A DNA stretch of 64,000 nt from Verrucomicrobiales bacterium (GCA_047638715.1 JBLIMK010000006.1:2617-66616); one strand, 5' to 3'; counted from the stretch's first letter, positions 48,336-56,843 are shown. The notes: a model not told the origin generated them from the sequence alone. Program-made: numbers and translations.

Positions 48336-50699
48336 TTAGAGGCCAAAGACCCCGGTTTCGCAGTTCACACGAGTCTCGATCACTCCACCCGGATCGGTCA
48401 ACGTGCAACCGTCGAACTGGGGCCCACCGTCCATTGTGTCGATCCAGGCACCGCCGCGAAGAACGTCGTCGCCCTCCTCGCCGAACAACTGATCACGACC
48501 CAAGTTGCCAAACAGTTCATCGGCAAACTTCCCGCCACGCAGGACGTCATTGCCGTTACCACCAGCAATTCGATCCTTGCCATTGCCGCCGCTCATGGTG
48601 TCGACACCATCGCCACCCTGGATACGGTCGTTGCCGTTATCACCGTTGATGGTGTCGTTGCCTGAGCCACCCACGAGTCGGTCATTTCCAGTTCCACCGT
48701 TGATGATGTCATTACCGAGGCCCGCAAAGATCTTGTCGAACCCGTCACCACCATTGATGGTGTCGTCACCCTGCAACGAACAGATCGTGTCGTTGCCAGC
48801 AAGGCCGTTGATGACATCGTTGCCCGAAGTGCCACGAATGATGTCGTCGCCCGCGGTAGGCGCCTCACCCTTGGACAGATCGACCGTGACCTCGAGATTG
48901 TTGCAAATCAGTGGTGGAACGAGTGGCGAGGTGTCAGGTATTCCGTCCACCGCAGCCATCAGCCCAGACTTGGTCTGGGAAACACAATCGTTGCTTCCCT
49001 GGGTGACCGTGATCGTCTGGTTGATGCCCGCCACAGCGCAACGCTCGAATGTGCCGTCTGGCCACATGATCTCAAGCGGAGCGATAGCGGTCTGGTCGGC
49101 GAGGCCGAAGTGCAGCGACTTCATGTCCTGTCCACGATGCACCCGGTGACCAGTCTCTCGGACCTGCCACTTGTCGGTACCAGCGAACACCTGAGCGCCC
49201 ATGACGTCAGGGTTCGAACCAACGAGGTCGACCTTGAGCCAGTTGTTGACGCCACCGTCGTTCAAGAAGATGAAATCTTCGCCGGCTTGGCTGTCATAAC
49301 CGCCACCCACGTAGGTGTCGATCCAACCGTCGTCATTGAAGTCGGCGGTAATCGCAACGGTGGCGGTCCCGAGTGCTGCAGTGGCAGGCACGAGTGACGC
49401 AGTACCGATGGTGAAGTTGCCCGCTCCGTCGTTGAGCAAGATGACGTTCTGGGTCTGGCCGCTCTCTACCATCGTGCAGCCGCCGAAGATGTCGATGTCG
49501 GCGTCGTTGTCGTAGTCGGCGAGCGCCACGGTGCGGCAGTTGTCGACACGATCATCATTGGGAAGGATGTCGACTACGGCTTCCGAGACCAACGAACTTG
49601 TCGAGACCTGACCAATACCGAGGGGAAGTTCACCCTCGAGATCGGGGACACCATCACCAATGGGGTCGCCAGGTTGCGGTTCTCCCTCAGCGGGTGGATC
49701 CTCTCCCTCTCCGGGCTCCGGCACAGTTGCGCCGACATCGTCGGTCGCTAGGAAGTCGTCCTGACGGGCCACAATCCATTCCGGCATGAGGTCGCCGTCG
49801 AGGTCGCCGAGTGCGATGTCACGCATGTTGCTTGCGTTGTCGTCAACACCCAACGTCTGATTCACGGGGTTCGCCGAAGCGATCAGCGTTGCTGAACCGG
49901 TCTGCACCGTGTCGATCGCGAAAGAGAAAGAGTTTGACGTAACGATGACCGGGGTTTCACCAGGACCGGTGGTGGTGAGGTGCGCGTAACGCACACTTTC
50001 GTCGGTGATGACCGTGGTCGGGTCAGCGACCTTCGTCCATGACGTTCCATCGCCGTCATTGAGGAAGAGCTCGGAAGGACGAAGGATCGTAGGATCGTTT
50101 TCATCCATGCCGTCAGGGGTCAAGAACTGGCGATCGAGGTTGACGATGAGCGCGTCCATGTCGCCGTCGTCGTCGATATCGACCATCAAGACCGTGCGAC
50201 CCCGGCCGAGGTTGTCCTCGAGCCCGTGGCCTGTGATGGCTCCGAGGTCTCCGATATTTGCGGGATCGTTGATAAAGACGCGGGTGTCGTGCGCGCGACC
50301 GGACGTCTCGACGAGGTCGTCGTCGCCATCGCCGTCGATGTCGGAGAATGCAGCGCCATGGCTGTCGAAGCCACCAGCAGCCTGGATGGCATCAGCGAAC
50401 ACGCCGGCCGTTGGTTCCCAGTCGACCAGCCATTCCGACTTCTCGGCGTGGTTGCTGACAAAAAGATCGGTGCCGGGGCCGCCGAGATCGTTTGTCGTGG
50501 CTGCGGTGAACGCAGGGCTGTTGTTCGTCCCGTCTGGGTTTGCCGAGGCGAGACCAGATGGGACCGAGGTTGCCGAGAACCCGTTCCATATTCCGACCGC
50601 ACCGGCCTGTGTCGTAGATATGGGTGCAGCGACAGTCGCTGCCACCAGAGCCATACCCAAAAAAGCATGTTTCAACTTGCGTCGCATAAATAACCCCAA
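48336..50699 (-). CDS. Secreted CRTAC1-like protein B (FG-GAP/VCBS + ASPIC/UnbV + RTX tail)
   Basis: Paralogue of 46054..48126, with the same architecture (DIDGDGDDDL, DIDDDGDMDA, DYDNDADIDI; NNWLKVDLVGSNPDVMGAQVFA…RETGHRVHRGQDMKSLHFGLA). Has an extra Pro/Glu-rich insert. The tail ends DGGPQFDGCTLTDPGGVIETRVNCETGVFGL. Confidence 0.85.
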   Translation of the reverse strand: MGLFMRRKLKHAFLGMALVAATVAAPISTTQAGAVGIWNGFSATSVPSGLASANPDGTNNSPAFTAATTNDLGGPGTDLFVSNHAEKSEWLVDWEPTAGVFADAIQAAGGFDSHGAAFSDIDGDGDDDLVETSGRAHDTRVFINDPANIGDLGAITGHGLEDNLGRGRTVLMVDIDDDGDMDALIVNLDRQFLTPDGMDENDPTILRPSELFLNDGDGTSWTKVADPTTVITDESVRYAHLTTTGPGETPVIVTSNSFSFAIDTVQTGSATLIASANPVNQTLGVDDNASNMRDIALGDLDGDLMPEWIVARQDDFLATDDVGATVPEPGEGEDPPAEGEPQPGDPIGDGVPDLEGELPLGIGQVSTSSLVSEAVVDILPNDDRVDNCRTVALADYDNDADIDIFGGCTMVESGQTQNVILLNDGAGNFTIGTASLVPATAALGTATVAITADFNDDGWIDTYVGGGYDSQAGEDFIFLNDGGVNNWLKVDLVGSNPDVMGAQVFAGTDKWQVRETGHRVHRGQDMKSLHFGLADQTAIAPLEIMWPDGTFERCAVAGINQTITVTQGSNDCVSQTKSGLMAAVDGIPDTSPLVPPLICNNLEVTVDLSKGEAPTAGDDIIRGTSGNDVINGLAGNDTICSLQGDDTINGGDGFDKIFAGLGNDIINGGTGNDRLVGGSGNDTINGDNGNDRIQGGDGVDTMSGGNGKDRIAGGNGNDVLRGGKFADELFGNLGRDQLFGEEGDDVLRGGAWIDTMDGGPQFDGCTLTDPGGVIETRVNCETGVFGL

Positions 50700-50711
50700 T
50701 CAATTACGTCG

Positions 50712-50720
50712 TGTAGAACG
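50712..50720. promoter_or_regulatory. TGTAGAACG box (copy 3 of 3) with adjacent CGTAGAA half-copy
   Basis: Lies in the divergent region between CRTAC1-like B (start 50699) and the locus-II flippase (start 50952). GTAGAA is repeated at 50713 and 50725. Confidence 0.35.
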
Positions 50721-50951
50721 AATCGTAGAATTCCTATGACCGGCCCGCCTGGGCAGTGTGGCTCATCCTCACCTCGAATGTTGGTCACATCGATTCGACG
50801 GGCACTGCTTCGTTCCCCTTCATGTTGGTTCGGAAAACGTCCGTGGTGTGGGACCATTTGACTTCACTACTCAGATGCCGATGATGAACCCACGCGCGCC
50901 ACGGGTCGCCCAAGACGCGAGCCGCTGTGCCCCAGGAGAACTCCCGATCGA

Positions 50952-52259
50952 ATGAAAAGCCTGCTCACCAAGCTTCGAGCGATGGACCGCCAACAATTCG
51001 AGACGCTGTTCACGAGTTCGGCGTTTCTCGTCACGAACGGTCTGCTCTTCGTCAATATGTTCTTGTTGGCCACGGCCCTTGGCGACGATGGCCGTGGCGC
51101 GGTTGCCGCGGCGTACGGAAATACCGTGGTAATCGGTTGGGCTTTTCAAATCGGCGTTCCCGCAGCCGCCGGCTATTTCGCTAAGGACGTCGACAACCGA
51201 CGGGTGGCGATGTCGGCGTGGACAATGATGGTGATGGGAGCTATTCCGGTTGCGCTCCTGATGATTCCTTTCTATCTCTGGCAGCTCGGCGGCAAATCGT
51301 TCACCGAGGGCGGCGAATCGCTGCAGCGCTGGTACTTGGCCTTCATCGTCCTGCAGCTCTTCAACGGACCGTTCCTCTCCGCGATCTTCTGGCTCCGAGG
51401 AATCGGCAATACCGTTCGATTCAATGCCCTGCTCGCGTTGCCACAGGTGCTCATCACGTTTGGCTACCTGGTGCTGTTCATCAGCGGCAAGATGACCGTG
51501 AACTCAGCGCTGACGTCGACCTTCATCATGTTGAGCATCGGCTGGATCGTGGGACTGACCGCCACAAAGTCGTGGCCTGGCCGCGGTTTCTCGAAAGGCA
51601 CCTTCACCGAGATTCGCCAATACGGCCTGCGGGCCTGGGTCGGCAACCTCTCGTTCTTCGTCAGCCTCCGAATTGACCAACTTCTTCTCGTGAATTTTGT
51701 CGACCTGTCCGAGCTCGGCGTGTACGCGGTTGCGGCCGCCATCTCGACGCTGTCTGGCCCGATCGCGCGCGGCGCAGCTCAAGCCGTGCTTCCCTTCGTT
51801 CGAAACGCCAAGAGCGACGACGAACGGATCTCGCGTATCACCGCATCGCTTCGTCACGTAAGCATGCTGTCGTTCTCGATCCTCGGAGCCATGGCGCTGA
51901 CGGCATGGTGGATCATTCCCTTCGTGCTCGGCGACAACTTCGGTGCATCCGTGCGACCACTCATGATCCTTCTCCCAGGTGCGTGGGCGACCGATGTCAA
52001 CCAGGTGCTCACGACAGCGCTCTCGTCCTTCAACCGACCCGAGGAAGCGTCGAAGGCCCAGGTCGCGTCGGCCATCGCTACCGCGATTGGCCTCATCACC
52101 CTCCTTTCCCCTTACGGAATCGTCGGTGCCGCCATCACGACGACCGTGTCTTATTGGGTCGGTCTCATCGTTAGCTACTATTACTGGCGGCGACTTCTTG
52201 GTCAGGTCCACCGCGGTGAAGCGACCGGCCATACCCAGCAGATCGAAGAACCTGCCTGA
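50952..52259 (+). CDS. Polysaccharide flippase (Wzx, MOP superfamily), second copy
   Basis: About 12 TM segments across 435 aa. It is the first gene of the plus-strand polysaccharide operon. Confidence 0.75.
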   Translation: MKSLLTKLRAMDRQQFETLFTSSAFLVTNGLLFVNMFLLATALGDDGRGAVAAAYGNTVVIGWAFQIGVPAAAGYFAKDVDNRRVAMSAWTMMVMGAIPVALLMIPFYLWQLGGKSFTEGGESLQRWYLAFIVLQLFNGPFLSAIFWLRGIGNTVRFNALLALPQVLITFGYLVLFISGKMTVNSALTSTFIMLSIGWIVGLTATKSWPGRGFSKGTFTEIRQYGLRAWVGNLSFFVSLRIDQLLLVNFVDLSELGVYAVAAAISTLSGPIARGAAQAVLPFVRNAKSDDERISRITASLRHVSMLSFSILGAMALTAWWIIPFVLGDNFGASVRPLMILLPGAWATDVNQVLTTALSSFNRPEEASKAQVASAIATAIGLITLLSPYGIVGAAITTTVSYWVGLIVSYYYWRRLLGQVHRGEATGHTQQIEEPA

Positions 52260-53176
52260 TGCACATACATCGCGACGTTCTGAAGATGACGCTCCGCCCG
52301 GTCTGGGTGTCGCTGATCGCGTTGTCGATCCTGAGTGCCGCAGGCGCGGCATTGTGGGTCGGGCTGCAACAAGATGCCGGCGAGACCTCGACCACATATG
52401 TCTTCGCCCGGCGTGTCGGTTATCTCAACCGTCCACTGCCGATCCTCGACGACCATCTCAACGAAATTGTCAACTCGGTCGAGTTCCCCGAAGTCTTCGC
52501 TCGAATCGAAGAACGGCTCCTGCTGCGCGCCGAGGGCGACTATGACCTCGCAATCGGCGTCGTCGATGACGCCGACTCCGTCGTAGAGATCGTGGTTCGA
52601 ACGAAGGGCTCCGGCGACGCAGATCGAATTTCGCGAATCGTCGCTGAAGAGATGGTCGACTTCGTGCTCAGCACACAAGACCAGACGATCGTGGCTGAGA
52701 TCGATGATCTCGAACGCGAGATCATTCGCTTGGAAGACGACCAGGCGCGGCTCATCGCTCTCGCCAGTGGCATTCCGCCGACGACCGCTCGAACTGCTCT
52801 CGAACAGCAACTCATCGGTATTCGAGCCGCCACAGATGACGCTCCGGTCGGGACCCTCGAAGGCCAGGTACAACAGCGGCTGGCGAGCATCGAACCGCTC
52901 GCCAATGACTATCGACGCAACACTGCTTCGCTCGGCGCCCTAAAAAGGCGCCGCGCTCAATCGGTTGTGGAACGATCCGATATTTCGGCATCTCAAGCCT
53001 CCGTCAACCAAGAGTGGTATCGCTCAATCACGCCGGTCGAGTCAACGTCGAATGTGCCCGTTGCAATCGCTATGGCCTTTACGGCAGCCATTCCTGCGGC
53101 TGTTGCATCGAGCGGTCTGGTGGGAATCAACCTCAACCGGCGCCTGACCAGACGCGAACGATTCGCTGGGGCTTAA
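52259..53176 (+). CDS. PCP/Wzz-like bitopic membrane protein (putative chain-length/co-polymerase), kinase-less
   Basis: One TM near each end (VWVSLIALSILSAAGAALWV; VPVAIAMAFTAAIPAAVASSGLVGI) flanks a ~230-aa helical, coiled-coil-like ectodomain. The call rests on topology and context only. Confidence 0.5.
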   Translation: MHIHRDVLKMTLRPVWVSLIALSILSAAGAALWVGLQQDAGETSTTYVFARRVGYLNRPLPILDDHLNEIVNSVEFPEVFARIEERLLLRAEGDYDLAIGVVDDADSVVEIVVRTKGSGDADRISRIVAEEMVDFVLSTQDQTIVAEIDDLEREIIRLEDDQARLIALASGIPPTTARTALEQQLIGIRAATDDAPVGTLEGQVQQRLASIEPLANDYRRNTASLGALKRRRAQSVVERSDISASQASVNQEWYRSITPVESTSNVPVAIAMAFTAAIPAAVASSGLVGINLNRRLTRRERFAGA

Positions 53177-53229
53177 CCCGCGCTCGTCCGGCCGGACGAG
53201 ACTGCGCTGGCCGAGTATCCTCCCACAAC

Positions 53230-55545
53230 ATGTCGACCCCCCTCTTGACGTCTCGCGACCACACCAATGGTCTGCCTCGACTGACCTTCATTGCTCTTTT
53301 CACGCTCATCGCGACCGCCTGTGGAACCAGTTCACCTCAGGTTTCGCCCACAACAACGTCGCTCGATGCCGTCACGACCGGCGACGTTGCGACCACAGAC
53401 GAAGAACGCACGCTCGGCACCCCAGCTCCACCGGTCGAACCGCTTCGCCTCTCCTCTTCGTTCACGAAGCTGACCGAACCAGGGGTTGGCGGTCGCATCA
53501 CCTCACTGGCATTCGACCCCGTCGACCCCGACCGGCTGTACGTCGGCGGCGACATGCTGGGAATCGCGGTCACCGATGATTTCGGGGAAACCTGGCAATC
53601 GACGACCGGGCTTGCCTCATGGGAGATCGGCGACATCACGACAACACCCTCGGCCGATGGGCGCGTCTGGACAGGCAGCCTCTCGGGACCACAAGCGTCG
53701 GCCGATGGCATCGAATGGGCACTGAGCCGCAACGGAATGCCGGCGCTCTCCGACTCGACCTACACGATGGCCACCGAGTCCGTTCTGATCGATCCGAACA
53801 ATGATGGTCGACTGCTCGCGTTCAATGGCAACCAACGAAACTGGGTTGCGCCGGGCGCATATAGGGACGGCACGTGGACCGGCGACGGATCGGTCTGGGC
53901 CTCCGAGGACAGCGGCGCAAACTGGTCGCGGCTTGCCACCGTGGCGCCCGGTGGAAACATCCGGGCAGCCTCGTTCAACGCCGACGGCACGGAACTTTTT
54001 GCGGCGGTCGCGAACCGAGGCTTCTTCCTATCGAACGATGACGGCGCCACTTGGACCCAAACCGGCGATGGCCTCCCCCACGCAAACGCCTACGACGTCA
54101 CCGCCCACCCCACCGACCCCGCAATTGCATGGATTGCGATGGGCGAAGGCCCCGAGGTCGACGGCAATTTCATCGCTGGCGGCATCTGGAAGACCGTCGA
54201 CGGAGGCACAACCTGGAACGCGGCCAACGACGGACTGAGCATCGTTTCCAACGCGACCGCTCGCGACACGGGCACCTTCCACCAGATCGTTGTGGCACCT
54301 ACGGACCCCGACCGGTTGTACACTTCGAACGTGGCTCCGGGACAAGCTGCCGTATATCGAAGCGACGATGGCGGGACGACGTGGGCGATCATCGCCGACG
54401 GATCGACGAGCCGACCAAATCCCTATCAAGGCGCGCTTCGTGCGTTCGACATCGCCGTTCATCCAATCGATCCGGACAGGATCGCGATCGGGAGCGACGA
54501 CACGCTGCTCGGATCCACGAACGGTGGCGCCGACTGGGCAGACCTCACGACACGAGAGGACACGGCGGGGCTCTTCAGCGGCCACGGATACACCGGTCTC
54601 GTCAGCACCGACATCGTCTTCAACCCCACCGACCCCGACGAGACGATCCTGCTCGGCTTCGATGGCGGCAACTTCATCCAGACGACCAATGGGGGAACGA
54701 CGTGGCGGCGAACAGTGCAGGACATCTCCGCATGGGGAGGCGGCGTCGAGGCTGCGTACTCGCCAACAAACGGCGATCGGATCTACGTGCTCCTGGGCCA
54801 GTTCTCGAACTTCCGTGGCCTGGGCGTCTCCGATGACGGCGGCACATCTTTCTCGCTCGTCGCGGGGAGCGCTGCAGGATTGCCGGAGGTGGGCAACGTT
54901 GACAGCCCTGGCGCGACAGGCCTCGCGGTCTTGGATGGCGGCGGCACCGACATCGTTTTCGTGACGGTTGGATCGACGTTGTTCCGCAGCGACGATGGCG
55001 CCGAAACCTTCAGCGCCGTTCCTGGCGTGCTCGGCGCGATCGACGTCGCTGTCGCGGCTGGCGGAAACGTGTTCGTCGCAACCAGTGGCGGCACGCTCGT
55101 GTCGGTCGACGCAGGACTCGGATTCAACGACGCTGGTTCGCCTCCATCGGGGATTACTACGATCTACCCCTCGGCGTCTGAGCCGGACGCGATCTACGGA
55201 ATAGTTTTCAGAGACAACGGCAGCGGCGGTTTGCATCGCTTTGATGGAAACACCTGGACGCAGCTGTTCGACGATGCCTATGCCCACGGAGTGACCGTCG
55301 ATCCCAGCAACCCGAGCAACATCGCCGTGGTGACGACCGAGCCAGCGTTCCATGATGTCAGCTCAGCGACCGGGGTGTACCTGTCCAATGACGGTGGGGC
55401 GAGCTGGACCGCCGTCGTCGATGGTCTGCCAATGACGCGGCTTCGCACCGCCGAATTCGACCCAGCCGACCCTGACCGACTCGTCGTCGGTACGACCGGA
55501 CGCGGGTTCTATGAGATCTCCTTCGGACAAGCGCTAGCTGAATAG
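53230..55545 (+). CDS. BNR/Sortilin-VPS10-type (GH74-like) tandem beta-propeller lipoprotein
   Basis: Signal plus lipobox (FIALFTLIATAC). At least 9 BNR/Asp-box motifs (SEDSGANWSRL, SNDDGATWTQT, TVDGGTTWNAA, SDDGGTTWAII, STNGGADWADL, TTNGGTTWRRT, VSDDGGTSFSL, RSDDGAETFSA, SNDGGASWTAV). Start at ATG 53230. Confidence 0.8.
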   Translation: MSTPLLTSRDHTNGLPRLTFIALFTLIATACGTSSPQVSPTTTSLDAVTTGDVATTDEERTLGTPAPPVEPLRLSSSFTKLTEPGVGGRITSLAFDPVDPDRLYVGGDMLGIAVTDDFGETWQSTTGLASWEIGDITTTPSADGRVWTGSLSGPQASADGIEWALSRNGMPALSDSTYTMATESVLIDPNNDGRLLAFNGNQRNWVAPGAYRDGTWTGDGSVWASEDSGANWSRLATVAPGGNIRAASFNADGTELFAAVANRGFFLSNDDGATWTQTGDGLPHANAYDVTAHPTDPAIAWIAMGEGPEVDGNFIAGGIWKTVDGGTTWNAANDGLSIVSNATARDTGTFHQIVVAPTDPDRLYTSNVAPGQAAVYRSDDGGTTWAIIADGSTSRPNPYQGALRAFDIAVHPIDPDRIAIGSDDTLLGSTNGGADWADLTTREDTAGLFSGHGYTGLVSTDIVFNPTDPDETILLGFDGGNFIQTTNGGTTWRRTVQDISAWGGGVEAAYSPTNGDRIYVLLGQFSNFRGLGVSDDGGTSFSLVAGSAAGLPEVGNVDSPGATGLAVLDGGGTDIVFVTVGSTLFRSDDGAETFSAVPGVLGAIDVAVAAGGNVFVATSGGTLVSVDAGLGFNDAGSPPSGITTIYPSASEPDAIYGIVFRDNGSGGLHRFDGNTWTQLFDDAYAHGVTVDPSNPSNIAVVTTEPAFHDVSSATGVYLSNDGGASWTAVVDGLPMTRLRTAEFDPADPDRLVVGTTGRGFYEISFGQALAE

Positions 55546-55601
55546 CGGGTAGTTTGGGGAGGCCCCCTCAGGGGTCGAGCCAAAAGGTCGATAAGGCAAA
55601 C

Positions 55602-56843
55602 GTGCCCACGCAGATCTCTGTCACCAGCTACTACTACCGTCGCGGCGGAGCCGAAGCCGTCATGCTCGACCAGAACGAGCTCCTCGAATCCCGCGGTTGG
55701 GACATCGTCCCGTTCGCAATGGAGTACGAGCAGAACTTCGAGACCGAGTACGACGACTACTTCGTAGAAGAGATCGATTTCGCGAGCGACTACAAACCGG
55801 TCGAAAAGGTTCGCAAGGTCGTTAAGTCGATCTACTCGCTGGAGGCTCGCAGGGAGATTGGTCGTCTCATCGACGACGTTCGCCCCGACGTCGTCCATGC
55901 GCACAACGTGTACCACCACCTGACACCCGCCATCTTCGGCGCCATTCAAAAGAGGGGCGTGCCGTCGGTAATGACCGTGCACGACCTGAAGATCGGATGC
56001 CCATCAAAGTTGATGCTCGCCCCCGATGGGGTCTGCGAGCGATGCAAGGGCGGCAAGACGTGGAACGCTGTAGGGCAACGATGCCTCAAGGGCTCGCTGC
56101 CGTTGTCGGCGATCGCCGCATTCGAGACGACGCTGCACAACTTCCTGGGCAGCTATCGCAAGAACGTCGATCTGTTCGTCCTACCCAGTCATTTCCATAT
56201 GAACAAGCTGATCGATTGGGGTTTGCCCGTCGAGAAGGCGCGTTACCTACCCAACGCTGTCGATGTCTCTCAGCTAGTGCCCGACTTCTCGCCGGGAAAA
56301 CGCTTCGTGTTCGTCGGGCGTCTATCGGAGGAGAAGGGCCTGCTCACCTTTGTGAAGGCTGTGGCGCACGCGGGAGTCGCAGCGACGATCGTTGGCACCG
56401 GCCCCCAAGAAGGAGAGCTCAGGGCGCTCGTCGATTCCACCGGAGCAGACGTCGAATTTGCCGGCTATCAAACCGGCGACGACTTGTTCGACATCGTGCG
56501 AGCTGCACGAGCACTGGTTCTTCCCTCGGAGTGCTACGAAAACGCCCCCGTCGTCTTGCTCGAGGCCTATGGGGTCGGCACGCCCGTGCTCGGCTCGAAT
56601 CTGGGAGGAATTCCCGAGCTCATCGTCGCCGGTGAAACCGGACTGCTCGCTACCGCTGGTGACGTCGAGTCGTTCGCGGAGGAACTCTCGAAACTGTCGA
56701 CGATGTCCGACGCGGATCTTGAGGCCATGGCTCGAGCGGGACGTTCATTCGTCGAGGCGGGATTCGGCCGCGAACAGTATCTCGAGGGGTTGCTCGGCAT
56801 CTACGACGAGCTCGGCGTTTCGCGCTCCGCCACCCAGCGCTAA
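55602..56843 (+). CDS. Glycosyltransferase family 4
   Basis: N-terminal YYYRRGGAE and HAHNVYHHLTP. C-terminal GRLSEEKG and LVLPSECYENAPVVLLEAYGVGTPVLGSNLGGIPELI (ExxxxxxE region). Start tentatively GTG 55602. Confidence 0.85.
   Translation: MPTQISVTSYYYRRGGAEAVMLDQNELLESRGWDIVPFAMEYEQNFETEYDDYFVEEIDFASDYKPVEKVRKVVKSIYSLEARREIGRLIDDVRPDVVHAHNVYHHLTPAIFGAIQKRGVPSVMTVHDLKIGCPSKLMLAPDGVCERCKGGKTWNAVGQRCLKGSLPLSAIAAFETTLHNFLGSYRKNVDLFVLPSHFHMNKLIDWGLPVEKARYLPNAVDVSQLVPDFSPGKRFVFVGRLSEEKGLLTFVKAVAHAGVAATIVGTGPQEGELRALVDSTGADVEFAGYQTGDDLFDIVRAARALVLPSECYENAPVVLLEAYGVGTPVLGSNLGGIPELIVAGETGLLATAGDVESFAEELSKLSTMSDADLEAMARAGRSFVEAGFGREQYLEGLLGIYDELGVSRSATQR

Noticed and set aside
53014-53229. Upstream extension of the BNR-propeller ORF, and likewise 60491-60895 upstream of the O-antigen-ligase-like ORF
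   Set aside because: Both extensions overlap the preceding genes in another frame and are Arg/Cys-rich nonsense. Lipoprotein or TM features begin at the internal ATGs (53230 and 60896).
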